Positions 60,548-64,000 of a stretch of DNA of 64,000 nucleotides are shown here, piece after piece. The position numbers were made by a program, and so were the translations under genes. The notes under the pieces are model-generated. The model was not told the origin of the DNA. It worked only from the letters and a program-made list of their open reading frames with translations, and made no database searches. Each line of letters opens with the position of its first letter. Within the stretch, counting starts at the first letter, position 1. The stretch comes from an uncultured Chloroflexia bacterium. GTDB taxonomy: Bacteria > Chloroflexota > Limnocylindria > QHBO01. The DNA is taken from contig CAWANT010000006.1 of the NCBI GenBank assembly GCA_963783495.1, forward strand, positions 71,799 to 135,798, read 5' to 3'.

Positions 60548-62190
60548 TGACCGCTTTCCGCCGGCTCGACTCTGATGCTGATGCGCCAGTCCAGGCGCGG
60601 TAGGCGATCGACCCAGCCCGGCCACAGGCTGACGTTGGATGGACCGATGGCTCGCCAGCGCATCCTGGGCGTCCGCGGCCGTCATGCCGACCAGCGCGCG
60701 GCGGATATTCTCCTGGTCCAGGTCCGGCACGGCGGCCGCGGTGACGGTGGTCTGGACCACGATCGACTCGCCATCGAGCGCGGCTTCACCGATGTCGACT
60801 CGATCGTGTCCTCGGCCAGCGTCGTGTTGGGCGGCACCGCTCCCTCATCGGCCAGGAAGGCCTCCGTCGCCTCCGCTTCGGCATCCGCCCGCCAGCACGA
60901 AGGTGCGGTCCACCGGCACGGTGCCGGTCAGCTCGAACGTGAACGGTTCCTCGCTCACGTGGCCGACCAGGTCGTCGGGGACGGGGATGTCGGGGCGGGG
61001 AGGCGGCGCGGTCGGATAGACGCGCTCCGCATCGCCGGTCAGGAGGTCGGCCAGCTGGGACTCCAGATCGCGCACGATGGCGCCTCGCACCCGCGCCACG
61101 TCCGTCCGCCGCACCACGTTGAGCTCGGTCTCCGAGCCGCCCTCCATGGGCCCAGCGTTGATCACCCGCCGGTTCTGTGGCGCCCCCTGACGCAGCTGCT
61201 CGTCAATCTCCTCGTCCTCGACCTGGTTGATCGACCTCCGGCGGCAGGTTGCTCGCCGTGCCCGGCTCCACCGCCTCCACCGCCACGTCGGCGGTGCCCG
61301 GCGAAGAAGAACGAGCTGTCCGGCACGCTCACGGCCTGCTCCGTCACGAAGAAGACGTTGCCGTCGGCCGAGACGGCCGTGCCCTGTGGCACGAACACGA
61401 CCTGCGGCGAGTAGTTGAGCAGGGTGACCGTGCCGGTGGCGGCCGTCCGCCGCGTGCGATGGCCGGTCGCTTCGCCGGTCTTGGTCGACTGCAACGGCTC
61501 GGTATCCGATGGCTGGACCGGCGGCCGGACCGAGTAGCTGACCGGACCCACGGCCACCGGATCCGGATGGATCGTGACGGTGGCGCCGGGCAGCACGGTG
61601 GCGAAGGCGGCGCCCGCCATCAGCAACAGGATCAGGATCGCCGCGATCGCCGCGCGCGGGACGCTGCGGGCAGCGGAACGGGGCCGGCGTCGTGCGGGCG
61701 ACCGCTCCGGCGCCCGGGTGGAGGGCTTGGGCGCCGGTGCCGGCCGTTGCGGTGGGCACCGCCTGCGTCTCGTCCAGCCGCGACGGCCAGCGGCACAGCC
61801 GCGGCGGCAGCCGCGGCGAGCGCGGCGGGCTGGTCGGGGGCGGCGGGTTCGCCCGCGCCGCGCACCACGTGGATCGGAGCGATGGCGGCCGGCGGCGGCG
61901 CGGCCGGGCACGGCACCGTCCACGTTCGCATCGGCAACCGAGGCAAACGCCGCGATCCCCGCCTCGGCGGCGAGCGCCCGGGCGCCGGGATCGGCGACCA
62001 GGGCGATGTCGCGCCCCTCCTCCGCGGCCACCTGCGCCAGCAGCCGGAGCGCCACCGCGCTGCTGGTGGCCTTGGTGCGGCCCGAGGCGACCAGCACCAC
62101 CCGCTTGGCATCGGCCTCGCGCAGCCGGCGAACCACGCTGGTGACCTCGTCGTCCGGCTCCAGGTAGAGGAGCTGGGTGTCGTCAGCCAT
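60544..62190 (-). CDS. Bitopic membrane protein: cytoplasmic N-domain, Pro/Ala-rich linker, one TM, large ectodomain with baseplate-J/gp47-like stretch; 5 or more frame breaks
   Basis: ATG 62188-62190: MADDTQLLYLEPDDEVTSVVRRLREADAKRVVLVASG.... TM AAIAAILILLLMAGAAFATVL. Then GTVTLLNYSPQVVFVPQGTAVSADGNVFFVTEQAVSVP...ADVAVEAVEPGTASNLPP, with the end ...WRISIRVEPAESGQ* in a GTGA overlap with ruvX. The family assignment is from memory only. Confidence 0.5.
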
Positions 62191-62195
62191 CGGTC

Positions 62196-63470
62196 CTACA
62201 GCTGCAGTGCGCGCACGGCCTGCCGCATGGCACGGTCCGTGGCGCTCGACTGCGAATCCAGGATCAACGCCTGGTGGGCCAGCGCCATGGGCGTGACATC
62301 CTGCCGCGTGGCGAGCGAGGCGGTCGCGTCCCGCAGGCCGGCCACTTCGGCGGGCCGCAGCGCCGCCACCTGCGGCTTGCGCGCGAACGGCAGCCGCCGC
62401 CACCAGTCATCCCGAGCCAGCACCTCGGCCACCTGCGGCAGCTCGGCCCCGCCGCCGCACAGGTAGACCCGCGCCGGCAGGAGCTCACCATCGGCCAGGT
62501 CGGAGACCATCAGCTCCACGCCCCGCCGCCAGACCGCCGCGTCCTCGGCCAGCGCGTCCTGCAGGCTCTCCGCCGGGACGGATTCGGGCAGCTCGATCGG
62601 CCGATGCCGCCAGCTTCAGCGTCTCGGCGCGGGCGAAGGACAGGCCGAACCGTTCAGCCAACCCCTTGGTGAAGGCGCGACCGCCCAGCGCCAGCATCTT
62701 GGTGCCGGCGATGCCGCCGTGCCGAACGAGCGCCACGTCCGTCGTGCCGCCGCCGATGTCCACGAACACCGCGCCGGCGTCGCCGAGCTCGCCCGGGTCC
62801 AGGCAGGTCGCCACGGCATAGGGCTCCGCGATCACGCCCAGCAGCTGCAGGCCAAGCCGATGGGCGACTGACTGCAGCGCCCCGAGGTGCACCATCGGCG
62901 CAAAGGCATTGAAGACGGCCAGCTCCAGCTGGCTGCCGGTGAAGCCGATGGGGTTGCTGACCGGATAGCCGTCGATCTTCATCTCGACGATGGCGGCATG
63001 GACCAGGCGCACCTCCATCCGCTCGACGCCCGACTCCCAGGCGATGCGCGACTCGGCCTCGTCGAGTGCCTCCGACTGCGCGCGCTGGACGATGCGCTCC
63101 AGCTCAGGCTGGCTCAGTGGGTTCTGCGGGCTGATCGCGATGGACGGTCCGAACCGAGGTCGTGCCTTTGACCAGCTCGCCGGCGATGCCGATCACCGCC
63201 GAGCCCGGCCGCAGCTCGGCCATCTGCTCCGCCTCGTCCAGCGCCTTGCGGCAGTTCGCCACCACGGCGTCGATGTCACTGACCGTCCCCGACTGCATGT
63301 GGGTCAGGCCCTGCCGCTGCCGGCCGACGCCACGCACCACGCCGGTGAGCACCCCCTCGCGCTCGTCCAGCGCCACAACCAGCGCCTTGGCGAACTCGGT
63401 GCCGACGTCCAGCGCCGTCAGCGCCTGCGGGCCGCGCCTGTCCCGCAGGGCTCGTGCCTGATCGACCCAT
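62196..63470 (-). CDS. Actin-fold ATPase, FtsA/PilM-like; 3 or more frame breaks, start approximate
   Basis: ALDVGTEFAKALVV, AVIGIAGELV, VFVDIGGGTTDVALV and VYLCGGGAELP. Pieces lie in ORFs 63104..63808, 62485..63018 and 62196..62519. Breaks near 63455, 63135 and 62600. Confidence 0.7.
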
Positions 63471-63525
63471 GCGGAGCCGCTCCAGGATCCCGCCAAATAG
63501 CTGTTGCACCGTGCCTCCCGCCAGG

Positions 63526-64000
63526 TCAGTGCGCCTCGAGGGGAGCCAGCGCCTCGAGCGCCAGCCGTGCTGCCTCGCGCACGGCCTGCTCCAGCCCGGC
63601 CGCCTTGCTGCCACCCGCCTGGGCCAGCTCCGGCCGTCCGCCGCCGCCGCCGCCGATCAGCGGCCCGACCTGCCGCACGATCTGGACCGCGTCGAAGCCC
63701 TCGGCGGCCAGGTCGCGGCTGGCCGCGACCACCAGCGTCGGGCCCGATCCGTTGCCGGAGGCAATCGACACGAAGCGTCCGGTCATCCCGCGCAGATCGT
63801 CGGCCCAACGCCTCAGCGCATCCGCGTCGGCATCGGGGTAGTGCTCGACGATGACCTTGACGTCGCCCGCCTGCTGCGCTCCAGCCAGTGCCGCCGCGGC
63901 GTCCAGCCTCGGCGCCGTGGCGTTGCGTGGCTCCCTGGCGGCCTTCTCCGACTCACGGACCCGGGCGGTCAGCGCCTCGATCCGCGCCGGGACCTCGAGC
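63526..64000 (-). CDS. alaS: Alanine--tRNA ligase, C-terminal (DHHA1-like) end; the gene continues beyond the window
   Basis: A single frame from the window edge: ...IEALTARVRESEK...VKVIVEHYPDADADALRRWADDLRG...LVVAASRDL...GGGGGGRPELAQAGGSKAAGL...*. Confidence 0.85.
   Translation of the reverse strand, partial: LEVPARIEALTARVRESEKAAREPRNATAPRLDAAAALAGAQQAGDVKVIVEHYPDADADALRRWADDLRGMTGRFVSIASGNGSGPTLVVAASRDLAAEGFDAVQIVRQVGPLIGGGGGGRPELAQAGGSKAAGLEQAVREAARLALEALAPLEAH

Noticed and set aside
61700-61900. A GC-rich, repetitive-looking stretch (runs of GCC/GCG/CGG), considered as a possible tandem repeat or CRISPR-like array.
   Set aside because: There is no regular repeat-spacer periodicity. It encodes the Pro/Ala/Arg-rich linker of the bitopic membrane protein. 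I saw no CRISPR array anywhere in the window.

Overview
This is a very GC-rich (about 70% by eye) bacterial chromosomal segment. It is densely coding, with about 75 genes, roughly 85% of them on the minus strand, and many ATGA/GTGA start-stop overlaps. I saw no rRNA, CRISPR array, transposase or convincing prophage.

Gene content, left to right:
- Metal and redox genes: CDF transporter fragment, peptidase E, tRNA-Arg, DUF4242, glutaredoxin-like, cupredoxin lipoprotein, MBL hydrolase.
- dcd-nrdR.
- An amino-sugar/chitobiose-like catabolic locus: GntR/HutC regulator, ABC importer, CE4 deacetylase, BadF-type kinase, and a divergent GH4 6-phospho-glycosidase plus SIS deaminase.
- An acyl-CoA/ETF redox block: acyl-CoA dehydrogenase, etfBA, DUF2231-Rieske, class-III aminotransferase with Lrp, and a membrane CCG/4Fe-4S 'EtfD-like' oxidoreductase.
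- Molybdopterin genes (moaC-mogA fusion, moeA), envelope proteins, and a guanine-deaminase-like amidohydrolase.
- A lower-GC GH16-like gene plus DinB next to tRNA-Pro.
- A GbsR-linked ABC-2 transporter, queG, gpsA, an ArsA-type ATPase, der, a GT4 glycosyltransferase and ispH.
- An Actinobacteria-style housekeeping run (plsC-cmk-rluB-scpBA ... xerD-recN-nadK-tlyA), then dxs, xseAB, efp, mltG-ruvX and the 3' end of alaS.

Two caveats dominate:
1. By my manual count, on the order of a hundred +/-1 frame breaks interrupt otherwise well-conserved genes, including essential ones, between about 4.4 and 63.5 kb. Two blocks are clean: 1-4.3 kb and 51.5-56.8 kb. I read these breaks as assembly indel errors rather than biology. 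Many CDS coordinates are therefore the outer limits of stitched fragments.
2. All functional calls come from motif recognition by eye; no searches were run.

The most interesting unexplained item is an FtsA/PilM-like actin-fold ATPase plus a bitopic baseplate-J-like membrane protein, inserted between alaS and ruvX-mltG. The next is a textbook-looking divergent promoter/operator between the GntR regulator and the GH4 gene.
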